DNA from: an uncultured Bdellovibrionales bacterium
GTDB taxonomy: Bacteria; Patescibacteriota; Minisyncoccia; Moranbacterales; UBA1568
Length of the DNA stretch: 64,000 nt
Reading direction: 5' to 3'
Assembly (NCBI GenBank): GCA_964436855.1
Contig: CAYTED010000002.1
Coordinates: 13,925-77,924, forward strand
The notes under the pieces are model-generated. The model did no database searches. It saw only the letters and a program-made list of their open reading frames with translations, and had not been told where the DNA came from. The stretch's first letter is position 1. Every line of letters begins with the position of its first letter. A program made the position numbers and the translations under genes. Below are positions 46,044 through 56,503 of this stretch, piece after piece.

Positions 46044-46969
46044 AACCCTACCATTTGCACTTCTTCTTGCAATCGGACACCGAACTCATCTCGAACCCTC
46101 GTTTTAATCAAACTTGAGAGCATAATAATATCTTCCGCTTTGGCATGCCCGGTATTCACGATATAGTTCGGATGATGTTCGCTTACCCTTGCGCCGCCAA
46201 TTGTTTTCCCTCGTAATCCAGCACGATCAATCAGCCATCCGGCCGGCACCTTATTGTCTCGACATGCTGCATTCGATTCTTGTTCAAATTCTTTCCGAAG
46301 TGTTGCATTCTCAACTACTGGATTGACGAAAAACGATCCCGCACAGAGTGCCGCCTGCGGATGTTTCGCTTCTCGTTTTGCGATTGTTTCTTTCATTATT
46401 TTTCGAATACTGTTTTCGTTTCCCTCGGAAAGCGAGAGTATTGCCGAAAGAATAATAAGCTCTGGATGTTCTTTGAAAAAACTTTTTCGATATCCGAAGC
46501 CGCACTCTTCGTGTTTCATTTCTTTGACCATTCCGCTTTTTTTGGAAAAAACTTTCACGGATACAATATGTCGACCGATGTCATTATCAAACGCACCCGC
46601 ATTACCGCGAATCGCACCGCCAAATGATCCCGGAATACCGGCGAGTGTTTCGAGTCCGGAGAGGGCATTTTCTGCGGCCGCGCCGAGAATGGAAGCGAGT
46701 GCGATTCCTGCTCCGGCAACAATTTTTCCGTCTTTCCGAACGGAAATTCCCCCATCGCAAATCCGAATCACAAGACCCGAAAAGCCCGTGTCAGAAAAAA
46801 GCACATTACTCCCCCCACCAAAAACAAACACGGGAACTTTTTCCCGATCGGCGGTTTCAAATGCCTCAGCAAGTTCCATTGGGTTTCCAACTTCGACAAA
46901 AAGCTTTGCTGGGCCACCAACCCGGAATGTCGTATACGGCGCAAGCGTAATATTGTGCTTAAAATACAT
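46040..46969 (-). CDS. murB: UDP-N-acetylenolpyruvoylglucosamine reductase
   Basis: FAD-binding N-terminus (TTFRVGGPAKLF, VFGGGSNVL) and a MurB C-terminal domain. Confidence 0.92.
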   Translation of the reverse strand: MYFKHNITLAPYTTFRVGGPAKLFVEVGNPMELAEAFETADREKVPVFVFGGGSNVLFSDTGFSGLVIRICDGGISVRKDGKIVAGAGIALASILGAAAENALSGLETLAGIPGSFGGAIRGNAGAFDNDIGRHIVSVKVFSKKSGMVKEMKHEECGFGYRKSFFKEHPELIILSAILSLSEGNENSIRKIMKETIAKREAKHPQAALCAGSFFVNPVVENATLRKEFEQESNAACRDNKVPAGWLIDRAGLRGKTIGGARVSEHHPNYIVNTGHAKAEDIIMLSSLIKTRVRDEFGVRLQEEVQMVGF

Positions 46970-47026
46970 AACTTGAGAGGTGAGAGTTTAGAAAATGCGG
47001 GGTGAGAAAAAAGCGTACAGAGAAAG

Positions 47027-48421
47027 CTATTTTCCAAGTATTTTCCGGCCGACTTCAAATACATCGCCCGCGCCCATTGTTATAATAACATCGTTTCGCC
47101 CCATTTTGGAAACGAGTTCTTCCACAATCGATTCTTTGGATGCCGAAAAAAACGCTTTTCCATTTGAAAATCGATTCATTTCAGCCACAAGTTCTTCGGA
47201 GCTGACACCTCCATGCTCTTCTCTCGCGCTTCCATAAATCGGAAGGATATGTACTTCGTCCGCATTCTCGAAACACTGTGCGAATTCCCCAAAGAGCGCC
47301 CTGGTGCGGGTGAATGTGTGCGGGTGAAACACGACCCGGATATTTTTTTTCGGATAGAGTTCTCGAAACGCCTTCAAAGTCGCGCGAACTTCTTCTGGAT
47401 GATGCGCAAAATCATCGTAGACAAGCGCGCCAAACCGTTCGCCAATATATTCAAATCGACGTTCGGTGCCCTCGAACGAAGCGAGTGCTTTCGGCATTTC
47501 TCCCGATTCCACTCGAAGAAAATCAAGAAGCGCGATTACGGCAGTTGCATTCAGTGCATTGTGAATTCCGGCAAGTTGCAAACGAAATGCCCCCAAGATT
47601 TCTCCCCCTTTAGATACGTTGAATGATTGATAAAAATGATTTTCTCCCCCGAGCGACATATATTCCGTAATGTGATATTCCGATCCCTCGATCGTCCCGT
47701 AGGAAATTTTTCGACATATTGCCGCCTCCGCGATATGGACAACGTCAGCCGAATCATTGCAGTACACAAGAACGCCGTGTTTTGGTATCCGCATAACAAA
47801 TCTCCGAAACACTTCGAGGTACGATTCTTTATTTGGAAAAAAATCCGGATGATCCCAATCCGCGCTGGTAAGAATGACGGCGAACGGATGATAGAACGAG
47901 AGTTTATCCTGATATTCATCTGCTTCAAGCACGAGAAAATCCCCGTTTCCGACGCGCGCATTTCCTTTCCATTGCGAAAGCGTACTCCCGACGATTGCGC
48001 TCGGATCTTTCCCGAGTGATTCGAGTGCCATCGCAAGCAGGCCCGAAGTTGTCGTTTTTCCGTGCGTGCCACACACCGCAAGCGTCAGTTTTTCTTTCGA
48101 GAGTTCTCCGATCGCTTCCGGATACGAAAGAATTTTTTTCTTTGATTGTCGCGTTGCGGTTATTTCCGGATTGTTTGCTTCCGTATAAGCGGTTGAAAAG
48201 ATAATAAGATCCGCATCATTTGGAATGTTGTTCGCGGAAAATCCTTCGGTTACGGGAATATGGTGCAAGCGAAGCACCTTGTCGGTCGTAAATACCTCGC
48301 TTGTGTCCGATCCGGTGATCTCTATTCCTCGCGCGAAAAGCATTTCGGCAAGCGCCGTCATCCCCTGACCTTTAATCCCGATAAGATGTGCTTTGCGAAT
48401 TGAGGCAAAAAGAGATTTCAT
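47027..48421 (-). CDS. murC: UDP-N-acetylmuramate--L-alanine ligase
   Basis: HLIGIKGQGMTALAEML, GTHGKTTTS, and the rest are Mur ligase motifs. Confidence 0.95.
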   Translation of the reverse strand: MKSLFASIRKAHLIGIKGQGMTALAEMLFARGIEITGSDTSEVFTTDKVLRLHHIPVTEGFSANNIPNDADLIIFSTAYTEANNPEITATRQSKKKILSYPEAIGELSKEKLTLAVCGTHGKTTTSGLLAMALESLGKDPSAIVGSTLSQWKGNARVGNGDFLVLEADEYQDKLSFYHPFAVILTSADWDHPDFFPNKESYLEVFRRFVMRIPKHGVLVYCNDSADVVHIAEAAICRKISYGTIEGSEYHITEYMSLGGENHFYQSFNVSKGGEILGAFRLQLAGIHNALNATAVIALLDFLRVESGEMPKALASFEGTERRFEYIGERFGALVYDDFAHHPEEVRATLKAFRELYPKKNIRVVFHPHTFTRTRALFGEFAQCFENADEVHILPIYGSAREEHGGVSSEELVAEMNRFSNGKAFFSASKESIVEELVSKMGRNDVIITMGAGDVFEVGRKILGK

Positions 48422-48427
48422 ATCCGG

Positions 48428-49546
48428 TTATCCGATCATTGAAAAAATTCCGTTGGCAATGTCATCGGCGGCATCCGCGTGATAAAACACTTTTAATTTT
48501 TCTCCCATTTCTTTCCGAACCGATTCGTTTGAAAGCAGTTCTTGTATTTTTGAGAGGAAGATGTGTTCGGTGAGGTTTCCTTCTTCAAGCACAAACGCTC
48601 CGCCGATCGCCGCAACGTCGTAAGCATTCATTCGTTGTTCGTCGTTTGCCGCGCTTGCAAGCGGTACGAGAATTGCCGCCTTTCCATATGCGGCAATTTC
48701 CGCAATCGATCCCGCGCCGGCCCGAGAAATCACAAGATCCGCCGAAGCGAGCGCGTCGCCTATTTCCTCGGCGGAAAGAAACTTTCGCGGACGATACCCC
48801 TTTTCATCATCCGGACTAACGCCGAAAATTTTCGCGTTTTCAACGGTTGATGCAAAATTTGCCTCGCCGGTCTGATGAATAACCGATGCGACTTCGAGTA
48901 TTTTCGGGAGGATTTTCACGATCGATTCATTGAGAAACTGCGCCCCGAGACTTCCTCCAACCACAAAAAGAATTGGCTTTTCGGAAGGAAGCGTAAAGCG
49001 TTCTTTTCCGCGTATCGTATCGCCTCCAAGCACATCCGATCGAACCGGATTTCCCGTCAGCGCCGTTTTTTTCGAAGGAAAAAATTCTTTCGCAGACGGA
49101 TAAGCGACCGCGATTCGATTTGCAAATGTTGCCAAGAATCGATTTGCACGTCCGGCGACGGCATCCGAATCGTGAAGCATTACCGGAATCCGATATATTC
49201 GTGCCGCGATCACAACCGGCACCGAACCGGATCCGCCCTTTGAAAACACCGCGTCCGGCATAAACCAAAGAAGGTGCCAGAGCGATTGGATAACGCCGAT
49301 CGGCACTTTGAGAGGATCGGTCAAATTCGCGAATGAAAAGTATCGGCGCATTTTTCCGGAGAGAATTTTTTTGGTCGATATACCGGCACGTTCCATCGCC
49401 TCCGATCCAAACGATCCGCCGGGACCGATAAAGAGAAATTCAACATCGCCGCGCGCTTTTTTTCTGATCGATTCGGCAACCGAAAGAAGCGGGAAGAGAT
49501 GTCCGCCGGAAACGCCACCAGTAAGAACAATACGAATGGAAGCCAT
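48428..49546 (-). CDS. murG: UDP-GlcNAc:undecaprenyl-PP-MurNAc-pentapeptide GlcNAc transferase
   Basis: LTGGVSGGHLFPLLSVAESI and the GT28 C-terminal domain. Confidence 0.92.
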   Translation of the reverse strand: MASIRIVLTGGVSGGHLFPLLSVAESIRKKARGDVEFLFIGPGGSFGSEAMERAGISTKKILSGKMRRYFSFANLTDPLKVPIGVIQSLWHLLWFMPDAVFSKGGSGSVPVVIAARIYRIPVMLHDSDAVAGRANRFLATFANRIAVAYPSAKEFFPSKKTALTGNPVRSDVLGGDTIRGKERFTLPSEKPILFVVGGSLGAQFLNESIVKILPKILEVASVIHQTGEANFASTVENAKIFGVSPDDEKGYRPRKFLSAEEIGDALASADLVISRAGAGSIAEIAAYGKAAILVPLASAANDEQRMNAYDVAAIGGAFVLEEGNLTEHIFLSKIQELLSNESVRKEMGEKLKVFYHADAADDIANGIFSMIG

Positions 49547-49655
49547 AAAAAATGATTTATGATTTTGGATTTAAGATGTAAGAATGAAAACAATGTTGAA
49601 TTTTAGCAATTGATCCGCATTCTTCAATCATCAATCATACATCCTAAATCTTAAA

Positions 49656-50777
49656 TCACATTTTCAGTCTAGCTTCTCGGGAAATGTTGAGCAAGATTCC
49701 AACCGCCGCAAGGAGCACGAGAAGCGAGGTACCGCCATAGGACACAAACGGAAGCGGCACACCCGTCAGCGGGATAAGACCGGTAATCGCGCCGATATTC
49801 ACAAATGCCTGCCCCACAATCCACGACGTAATACCAACCGCGACCAACATTCCAAACCGATCAGGCGCTTTTCGAGCTATTCGGTATCCTCGAATCGCGA
49901 TAAAAGCAAATAATGCAACGATAATAATCGCTCCCACAAATCCAAGTTCTTCTCCGATGACTGCATAAATCGAATCGGTTACCGGCTCGGGAAGATAGTT
50001 GAATTTTTGTCGGCTATACCCAAGTCCCACACCAAAAAACCCACCTGATCCGATCGCGACGAGCGCTTGCGTCATTTGGTATCCAAATCCCTGCGGATCG
50101 TGTTCGGGATTGAGAAAGACAAGAATTCGCTGCATCCGATAGGGTTCAAGTTTTATAAGCAACAAAAGAAAGAAAAACGCGGCGCCGATGAGTCCGAACA
50201 GATGCGTCAGATTCGCCCCGGACGCGAAAAAAATCGAGAGACTGATAAGAAAAATCAGAAAAAGTGTTCCGGTATCGGGTTGCTTGAGAATAAGAAATCC
50301 CACTCCGCACAGAATAGCAAGAAACGGAACAAATCCCTCATAAAAATCCTTCGCCTTCGTCTCTCCTTTTTTGGCAAGCCACGCTGAAAGATAGAGAATA
50401 ACCGAGAGCTTCATCATTTCCGACGGCTGAAACGAGATCGGTCCGATCTGTACCCAGCGCGCCGCGCCGTAGGCTGTCGTTCCGAATTCCGGTATGAACA
50501 CAAGAATAAGAAGAAGGATGGAAAACCCGAAAAAAGGAATGACGAGTTTTTTCCAAAATTGATACGGGATTCGCGACATCACATAAAGAGCGATCAGCCC
50601 AAATGAAAAACCGATCAGCTGCCGCTTGAAGAAAAAATACTCGTCGCCAAACCGAGTCTTTCCATACACAACCCCTGCGCTCGCAATAGCAATCAATCCG
50701 ATTGCAAGCAACGCAAGGACCGTAAAGAGAAGCGGTCGATCGATTCCTTGAAATGTTTTTTGTATTTTTGATACCAT
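49656..50777 (-). CDS. ftsW: SEDS-family peptidoglycan glycosyltransferase FtsW/RodA
   Basis: 10 TM. PEPVTDSIYAVIGEELGFVGA is the conserved SEDS loop. Sits in the mur cluster. Start taken at MVSKIQKTF. Confidence 0.88.
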   Translation of the reverse strand: MVSKIQKTFQGIDRPLLFTVLALLAIGLIAIASAGVVYGKTRFGDEYFFFKRQLIGFSFGLIALYVMSRIPYQFWKKLVIPFFGFSILLLILVFIPEFGTTAYGAARWVQIGPISFQPSEMMKLSVILYLSAWLAKKGETKAKDFYEGFVPFLAILCGVGFLILKQPDTGTLFLIFLISLSIFFASGANLTHLFGLIGAAFFFLLLLIKLEPYRMQRILVFLNPEHDPQGFGYQMTQALVAIGSGGFFGVGLGYSRQKFNYLPEPVTDSIYAVIGEELGFVGAIIIVALFAFIAIRGYRIARKAPDRFGMLVAVGITSWIVGQAFVNIGAITGLIPLTGVPLPFVSYGGTSLLVLLAAVGILLNISREARLKM

Positions 50778-50822
50778 TTCGATGAAAACACAGATTTCAA
50801 AACACACAATACCAAACCTTCT

Positions 50823-51602
50823 TTATTTTTTCGAATTTTCATCCGATTGACTTTTTCGCCATTTTTCAATCTCTGCGTGATGACCAGAAAGCAACACTTG
50901 AGGGACATTCCATCCACGAAACTCTTCCGGCTTCGTGTACTGCGGGTATTCAAGTACGCCCTCTTCCGAATGCGATTCGTCGAGGATGCTTGTTTCGTTC
51001 CCCAGGACACCCGGGAGAAGCCGCGTCACCGCATCGATTACGATCATCGCCGGTAATTCTCCGCCTGTCAAAACATACTCTCCGATCGAAAGCTCTTCAT
51101 CAACAAGATGCTCCGCGACTCGCTCATCTACGCCTTCATATCGCCCGCACAGAAAAATGAGCCGCTCGTATTCCGCCAATCTCTTCGCGTCTTTTTGCGT
51201 AAAAAGTTTTCCTTTTGCCGAAAAAAGAATCATTCGCGTTTTCAATTCAAACCCCTCCCTGCCCTCCCCTTGGAAAGTGGAGGAGGAAGAGAGGGTATCG
51301 TGCTCTCCTGCCCGACGGGAGCTCCCCGCTCCAGCGGGGTGAGGGGTGGGAAATTCTTGATTCGTGATTCTTGATTCTGTTACTTCCTTCACCGCTTCAA
51401 AAAACGGTTCCGCTTTCATCACCATTCCAGCACCACCACCATATGGCGTATCGTCGACGGTTTTGTGTTTGTCGTGTGTGTAGTCGCGAAGATTGTGAAT
51501 ATGAATATCGATTTTTCCGTCTTCTCGTGCGCGCCGAAGAATGGATACATCAAAATACGACGTAAACGCCTCGGGAAAAATGGAAATGATATCGAATCGC
51601 AT
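50823..51602 (-). CDS. trmD: tRNA (guanine37-N1)-methyltransferase TrmD carrying an internal insertion of about 42 aa, encoded by a GC-rich repeat
   Basis: [13 protein letters not shown]...[12 protein letters not shown]...[11 protein letters not shown]...[11 protein letters not shown] is the TrmD core. The low-complexity segment [42 protein letters not shown] has no counterpart in E. coli TrmD, from memory. Confidence 0.9.
   Translation of the reverse strand: MRFDIISIFPEAFTSYFDVSILRRAREDGKIDIHIHNLRDYTHDKHKTVDDTPYGGGAGMVMKAEPFFEAVKEVTESRITNQEFPTPHPAGAGSSRRAGEHDTLSSSSTFQGEGREGFELKTRMILFSAKGKLFTQKDAKRLAEYERLIFLCGRYEGVDERVAEHLVDEELSIGEYVLTGGELPAMIVIDAVTRLLPGVLGNETSILDESHSEEGVLEYPQYTKPEEFRGWNVPQVLLSGHHAEIEKWRKSQSDENSKK
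51249..51350. repeat. GC-rich repeat (family copy B) inserted in-frame within trmD
   Basis: aacccctccctgccctccccttggaaagtggaggaggaagagagggt...cgggagctccccgctccagcggggtgaggggtggg. The first 22 nt match copy A (3076-3099) at 20 of 22 positions. Confidence 0.6.
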
Positions 51603-51719
51603 GCAAGAAGAATGAAGAATGATGAATCAAGAATCTCGAAAAAAATGAAAAAATCCGTGTATCTCTCCGGAGCTTGATCCGCTTTAGTATATCATAAAAA
51701 ATCCTTTAAAAAAGGAATT

Positions 51720-53102
51720 TTAATTGCCTTTTTCAAGATCGCTCCACACGATATCCTCGTTCATCGTAATGGATTGCTTCGTCTCCGCCCCGTCTTTTCC
51801 GATCATAGTGATCGTGAGCGGGATATCATTCAAGCCCGCCTGTTTCTGAAAAAGAAGATCGTATTCTCCATCGCGAACCCCTTCCGGAAGATCGTATTCG
51901 ATAGAAACTGTTTTTTCCGCACCAATAGGAAACTGCACAATCGCTCCAATCCATTTTCGATCGCGGTACTCACCGTAGACCGGATCCTTTGCCGCGCCGC
52001 TGATCGATCGGATCCAACTCCCCTTCGGAATATAGACTCGGAGGAACGATTGGTATTCTTTGGTCATCCAGTCGCGCTTTTCCGCGGTGTGGAGATAGGT
52101 GATATCGAGTTTCGCCGTCGGTTTCTCTCTGGAAAGGTCCACGGTATACGAAAATGACCGCTTTACAAAATAATCACTCTTGAACGATCCGAGATTCGCA
52201 TCGACCGGAAACACAAAATCTCGATCAAATGACGATCCGAACGACCCATCCCAACCTGCCGCAACGATCGCGTTTTGCAATTCCGGATCGGAAAAAAATA
52301 CCTGAATATCTTTTCGGTTCAAATCTTCAAAAATAACTTTGGCAAGTTCGTACTGATTGCCGATGCTTAGCTCCTTCACCTTTCGAAGAATTTCGTTTCC
52401 AAGAAGTCCCATCACGGATTTTCGTTCCCCTTTTTCGATGCCTTGCTTTCGATACCCCTGTTCGACCTGATATTCGAGATCGAGAATTGCGTTGTCGGCA
52501 CCGTAGGTTCCGGGAAATCCCTCGATCGTAACCGGCCCGGTAATGCGAAGGAACGACGAAAGAACGTTCGCCGTTACGCCGATAACACCATCGAAATGTT
52601 CCTCGCCGCCACCCATTGCGTAAAATCGTTTCGCCTCCTCGGCATTGTCCCGAAAATCAGGGTGCCAGTTTGAATCGCGAAGTTTCCATGACATCACTTT
52701 CAGCGTCTCCGGAATCGGGTATGGCGCCGGAACCGTATCCGGAATACGTCCATCGAAATTTCCCGTGTCGTGCGTTGAAAATTCCGTAATCTGACCATCT
52801 TTTATCTTTAAAATCCCGAAAGACCCTATAAATCCGCCACCCGGACGCAGCTCGAGATTATTCTGAAAAAGAAGCAGGAAAGTTTTCTCTTCACCTTCCG
52901 TGTCCAGAAGTTTCGATCCAACAAACGAAACCGTTTCGATATTTCTCTTTAAGTCGTTTGAAATCGGCGCAATGCCGGTAAGGTCCTTCAGCGAATCAAG
53001 TCCGCGACTCCGCACCTCCCAAAACAAAAACCACGTCGCGAGAAAAAGAATCGACGCAACGATAAACAGTGTCCAGAATTTTGGAGAATACTTGTCGTGC
53101 AT
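51720..53102 (-). CDS. DUF4012-domain protein (membrane-anchored, extracytoplasmic)
   Basis: N-terminal TM. KTFLLLFQNNLELRPGGGFIGSFGIL is the DUF4012 hallmark. Confidence 0.6.
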   Translation of the reverse strand: MHDKYSPKFWTLFIVASILFLATWFLFWEVRSRGLDSLKDLTGIAPISNDLKRNIETVSFVGSKLLDTEGEEKTFLLLFQNNLELRPGGGFIGSFGILKIKDGQITEFSTHDTGNFDGRIPDTVPAPYPIPETLKVMSWKLRDSNWHPDFRDNAEEAKRFYAMGGGEEHFDGVIGVTANVLSSFLRITGPVTIEGFPGTYGADNAILDLEYQVEQGYRKQGIEKGERKSVMGLLGNEILRKVKELSIGNQYELAKVIFEDLNRKDIQVFFSDPELQNAIVAAGWDGSFGSSFDRDFVFPVDANLGSFKSDYFVKRSFSYTVDLSREKPTAKLDITYLHTAEKRDWMTKEYQSFLRVYIPKGSWIRSISGAAKDPVYGEYRDRKWIGAIVQFPIGAEKTVSIEYDLPEGVRDGEYDLLFQKQAGLNDIPLTITMIGKDGAETKQSITMNEDIVWSDLEKGN

Positions 53103-53199
53103 ACAAAAAGAAAAGATTTACTGATACCGCGACAAAACCACAACCCTATTATCGATCATCCGTATCTCGTTATCAACTCTCCGTTATCCGATATCAGGA

Positions 53200-54219
53200 T
53201 TATTTTGGCATTTTCCCCGACAATAACTCGTTTAATCGACGCTTGTATTCTTCGTCGGTCGGCTCGCGATTCATATCTTGATCCGTATCTTTTTTTGACC
53301 CCTCTTCTCTTCCCTCAATACTCCGTGGTACTTCCTGTTTTGTTTCCGGTTCGACTTCCGTTGTCAAATCACCCTCCTCTTTCGATGCAACAAACATATT
53401 AAGCGCATCTTCCTCTGAAATCATCGGCAGATTCTCCGGAGCCGGACCGCGATGAAAGTGCCCGTAATCAAACTGTTCTTCTTTTGTTTTTGCAACGGGA
53501 AGATCGAATGGAAACATTCCTTCTTCTGGTTTTTTCGGAACGAAATGATCTTTTGGAAAAGACACGACTGGTGACGCTTGAATACTCGTCAGAGGATTTT
53601 TCTTCGACTGTGGTCGAACGTCTTCCTGTAATTCTCTCGGCCATTGCGTACGAGAAAAACGCATTTTCGCAAAGAGTAACACTCCTCCGAAAAACAAACT
53701 CGCAACAAAAATTCCCGAAGCGATTGACGCGAGAACGAATTCCCATTTCGAGACGATGCCATCTTTCGTTGAAATCTCCACAATCCGAAAATCAAGATCG
53801 GATCGGACATCGTAATACCGACTGGCAAATGAGAAGAGACGGAGCGAGAGATCTCGAGCGGATTCTTCCGCCGTTATCGGATCATCGGACGAAAAAGAAA
53901 GCCGGAGAATTGGTTTTCCTGTTTTCTCAAGCACAAGATCCCCGGAACGAAGTGTCTCATAGTCTCCCATTTCTTCGGATGCCTCAAACAAAAAATCGCG
54001 CGATTGCGAAAACGCAAGCAGCGCATCCGTTGCCGCATCGACTTCTATCGCGCCCTTTTCGCTTTTTGCGAAAACGAGAAGCAATGCTTCGCCGCGATAC
54101 TCGCGAAACGACTCCAATAAAAACAGGCCGGATACAAAAGACGCCAAAAACACCGAAAGCGCAAACGAGGAGAGCATGCGCTTCGGGTAGCCGTTTTGTT
54201 GTGTCTTTCGTGTAAACAT
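53200..54219 (-). CDS. Hypothetical bitopic membrane protein (two TM flanking a roughly 130-aa extracytoplasmic domain, acidic C-tail); possible polysaccharide co-polymerase-like protein
   Basis: Topology only: TM1 at about residues 17-36, TM2 at about 165-185. Adjacent to glycosyltransferases. Confidence 0.35.
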   Translation of the reverse strand: MFTRKTQQNGYPKRMLSSFALSVFLASFVSGLFLLESFREYRGEALLLVFAKSEKGAIEVDAATDALLAFSQSRDFLFEASEEMGDYETLRSGDLVLEKTGKPILRLSFSSDDPITAEESARDLSLRLFSFASRYYDVRSDLDFRIVEISTKDGIVSKWEFVLASIASGIFVASLFFGGVLLFAKMRFSRTQWPRELQEDVRPQSKKNPLTSIQASPVVSFPKDHFVPKKPEEGMFPFDLPVAKTKEEQFDYGHFHRGPAPENLPMISEEDALNMFVASKEEGDLTTEVEPETKQEVPRSIEGREEGSKKDTDQDMNREPTDEEYKRRLNELLSGKMPK

Positions 54220-54222
54220 ACC

Positions 54223-55416
54223 TTACTTCGAAAAAACAAATGTTCGATATTTCAGTCGCTTCCCATACCGTTTTCGAAGAAGCGAATCGTATAGTGCTTC
54301 CACTTCTTTCGCGATCGCTTTCCAATCGAAGTGTCGCATGGCCCGCTTTTTGGCAAGCAAGGAAAGACGCGCCATTTCTTCCGGCTGATTCACGAGAGAA
54401 GAAAGTTTTCGTTTGAGATCGACAACGCTTTTATTTTCGAATGAAATCCCGGCATCGCCCATCCCTTCGATATTCGCCGGTATATCACTCGCGATAAGCG
54501 GCAGGCCATACGAAAGCGCCTCAAGGAGCGCGTGCGACAATCCCTCGTCTTCCGACGGCTGCACAAACACTGCCGCGTGAGAAAAAAGCTCCTGCAGCTC
54601 GCGACCGAATCTCTCACCGAGAAACAGAATATCCCGATCGTCTCGCGCAAGTAACTTGAGATAATCAACATACTCTTCCGTTTCCGCGTGTGTTCCGACA
54701 ATAACAAGCGTATATCCATTCGGAAGCTCCGCTGTTTTTTTCATTTGCTGAAACGCGCGAATGAGATAATGAATACCCTTATGTCGCACGAGTCGACTGA
54801 CCGAAAGAATATACCTCTTCGGTTTCACGCCGATATTTTTCAAAAACTCAACACTCTCCGTCGGATATGCCTCCGCACCATTTGGAATAAGAGTCAGATC
54901 GGCTTTCGGATAGGTTTTCTTTGCGTAATCAAAAAGCGTCTTACTGATGGTGATCGTTTTCTCCGGAACAAAACAAACCACTCGCTCTGCAACATGCAAA
55001 ACGGAACGCGCAAACAGATTCCACTTTTTGTGAAAGTAATCTCGGCTATTAAATGTTCCGATTACCACCGTTTTTGGAGAAAAAATTCGTGGCAAAATCG
55101 AAAAAAGTCCCGGTCCGAGCGCATGATAATGAATCACGTCGTACCGTTCGACGAAGATTGCATGCAAGGTCGCCGTAAGAGTGTGCGTAATTGCATCAAG
55201 ATGTTTTGTCTTCACTCCCCGTGTATGAATCAATCGCACACCACGATATTCACGAAACGCCGGATCGGTATAATGCGACCGGACGTAACATGTAACATCA
55301 TGTCCAAGCAAAGCAAGCTCGGCCGAGAGATGCTCGGCTCGCTTTTCGACTCCTCCAGACTTCGCCGGAATTCCTTTTTGTCCAATAAATGCGATTTTCA
55401 TAGATACTCTCCTCAT
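54223..55416 (-). CDS. Glycosyltransferase family 4 (GT-B)
   Basis: C-terminal domain E..E motif region PSEDEGLSHALLEALSYGLPLIASD. Confidence 0.8.
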   Translation of the reverse strand: MRRVSMKIAFIGQKGIPAKSGGVEKRAEHLSAELALLGHDVTCYVRSHYTDPAFREYRGVRLIHTRGVKTKHLDAITHTLTATLHAIFVERYDVIHYHALGPGLFSILPRIFSPKTVVIGTFNSRDYFHKKWNLFARSVLHVAERVVCFVPEKTITISKTLFDYAKKTYPKADLTLIPNGAEAYPTESVEFLKNIGVKPKRYILSVSRLVRHKGIHYLIRAFQQMKKTAELPNGYTLVIVGTHAETEEYVDYLKLLARDDRDILFLGERFGRELQELFSHAAVFVQPSEDEGLSHALLEALSYGLPLIASDIPANIEGMGDAGISFENKSVVDLKRKLSSLVNQPEEMARLSLLAKKRAMRHFDWKAIAKEVEALYDSLLRKRYGKRLKYRTFVFSK

Positions 55417-55439
55417 TCCTTACGGGTTCGCTCTCGGTA

Positions 55440-56387
55440 TTACCGAACGCGAATAATATGAGAAATATTCCCCTTTCCATTTCGTTCGAAATCGGTTTTC
55501 GCGTCGAAAAATACATTCTTCAGTGCTGCATCATTCGCAACACCCTTTACAACTTTCGCAACCCCGTAGGATTTGTTTCCAAGGATATTCGAATTATTGA
55601 AACTGACCTTTCCGGGAGCATTTGTGAGCGCATAGACCTCGATTCCATCTCGACCGCTATCGCGGAACGAGTTCTTTTTCCCAAAAATTTCCGAACCATT
55701 GATGTTCGCTTTCAAAGCAACGCCCTTGTTATCATGGATACGATTTTTCTCAAGCCATGCTTTCACGCCGCTTTGAAAATCAATACCATCAAGATCGTTA
55801 TCGTGGATTTCCGTATTGACCATCACAACATAATGCCGTTCAGAATACAGTCCGGTTCGATCGCTCTCGCGAATCTCGGAATCTTCGATATACACGCGAT
55901 GCTTTTTGTCACGTTTATCTGATTGGTCGATATGAATTCCGTCACGATCGCTCTTTTTCACGAGCACGTCGATAATGTCAGCCTTCGCATCCTCTTTCAC
56001 GCGAATACCATGGCGACCCCCTTCGACTGTAATTTTCGAAAGCTTTGATTTATTTTTCATTGTTACCGTTGGCTCCTTATCATCGCCCTTGATAGTAACA
56101 TCGTCTGTTTTGAAAGTGTGACTCCGCAACGAAACACCGGACGGAATCTCGATATTTTCTTTGTAGGTTCCATTTTTTACACGGACCGTATCACCGGATT
56201 TCGCATGATCAAGCGCCCGATCGATAGTGTGATACGGATGCGCCGATGTTCCTTCTTCGGAACCGTTTGCATTCTTATCCACGTAGATCGTTTTTGCACC
56301 ACCAAACACAAATACCGGCACTATCAAAAGAATGGCCGCAATAAGGGCAAAAATCCCTGTTTTTTGATTCAAAAATGGCATAAACAA
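55440..56387 (-). CDS. Right-handed parallel beta-helix protein (DUF1565/pectate-lyase-like), secreted or membrane-anchored
   Basis: N-terminal TM/signal. AHPYHTIDRALDHAKSGDTVRVKNGTYKENIEI matches the DUF1565 opening. Repeated Asp/Gly-rich segments. Confidence 0.55.
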   Translation of the reverse strand: MFMPFLNQKTGIFALIAAILLIVPVFVFGGAKTIYVDKNANGSEEGTSAHPYHTIDRALDHAKSGDTVRVKNGTYKENIEIPSGVSLRSHTFKTDDVTIKGDDKEPTVTMKNKSKLSKITVEGGRHGIRVKEDAKADIIDVLVKKSDRDGIHIDQSDKRDKKHRVYIEDSEIRESDRTGLYSERHYVVMVNTEIHDNDLDGIDFQSGVKAWLEKNRIHDNKGVALKANINGSEIFGKKNSFRDSGRDGIEVYALTNAPGKVSFNNSNILGNKSYGVAKVVKGVANDAALKNVFFDAKTDFERNGKGNISHIIRVR

Positions 56388-56503
56388 AGGCCTTTCGGCG
56401 AATTAGAATTTGACCATACATAGTAGCAAATTTCTCTGTTTTTGTCAATATTGGTTGCGGTGAACTATAATAAAAAAGCGAGTGATACAAAAAGAAAATA
56501 CAT

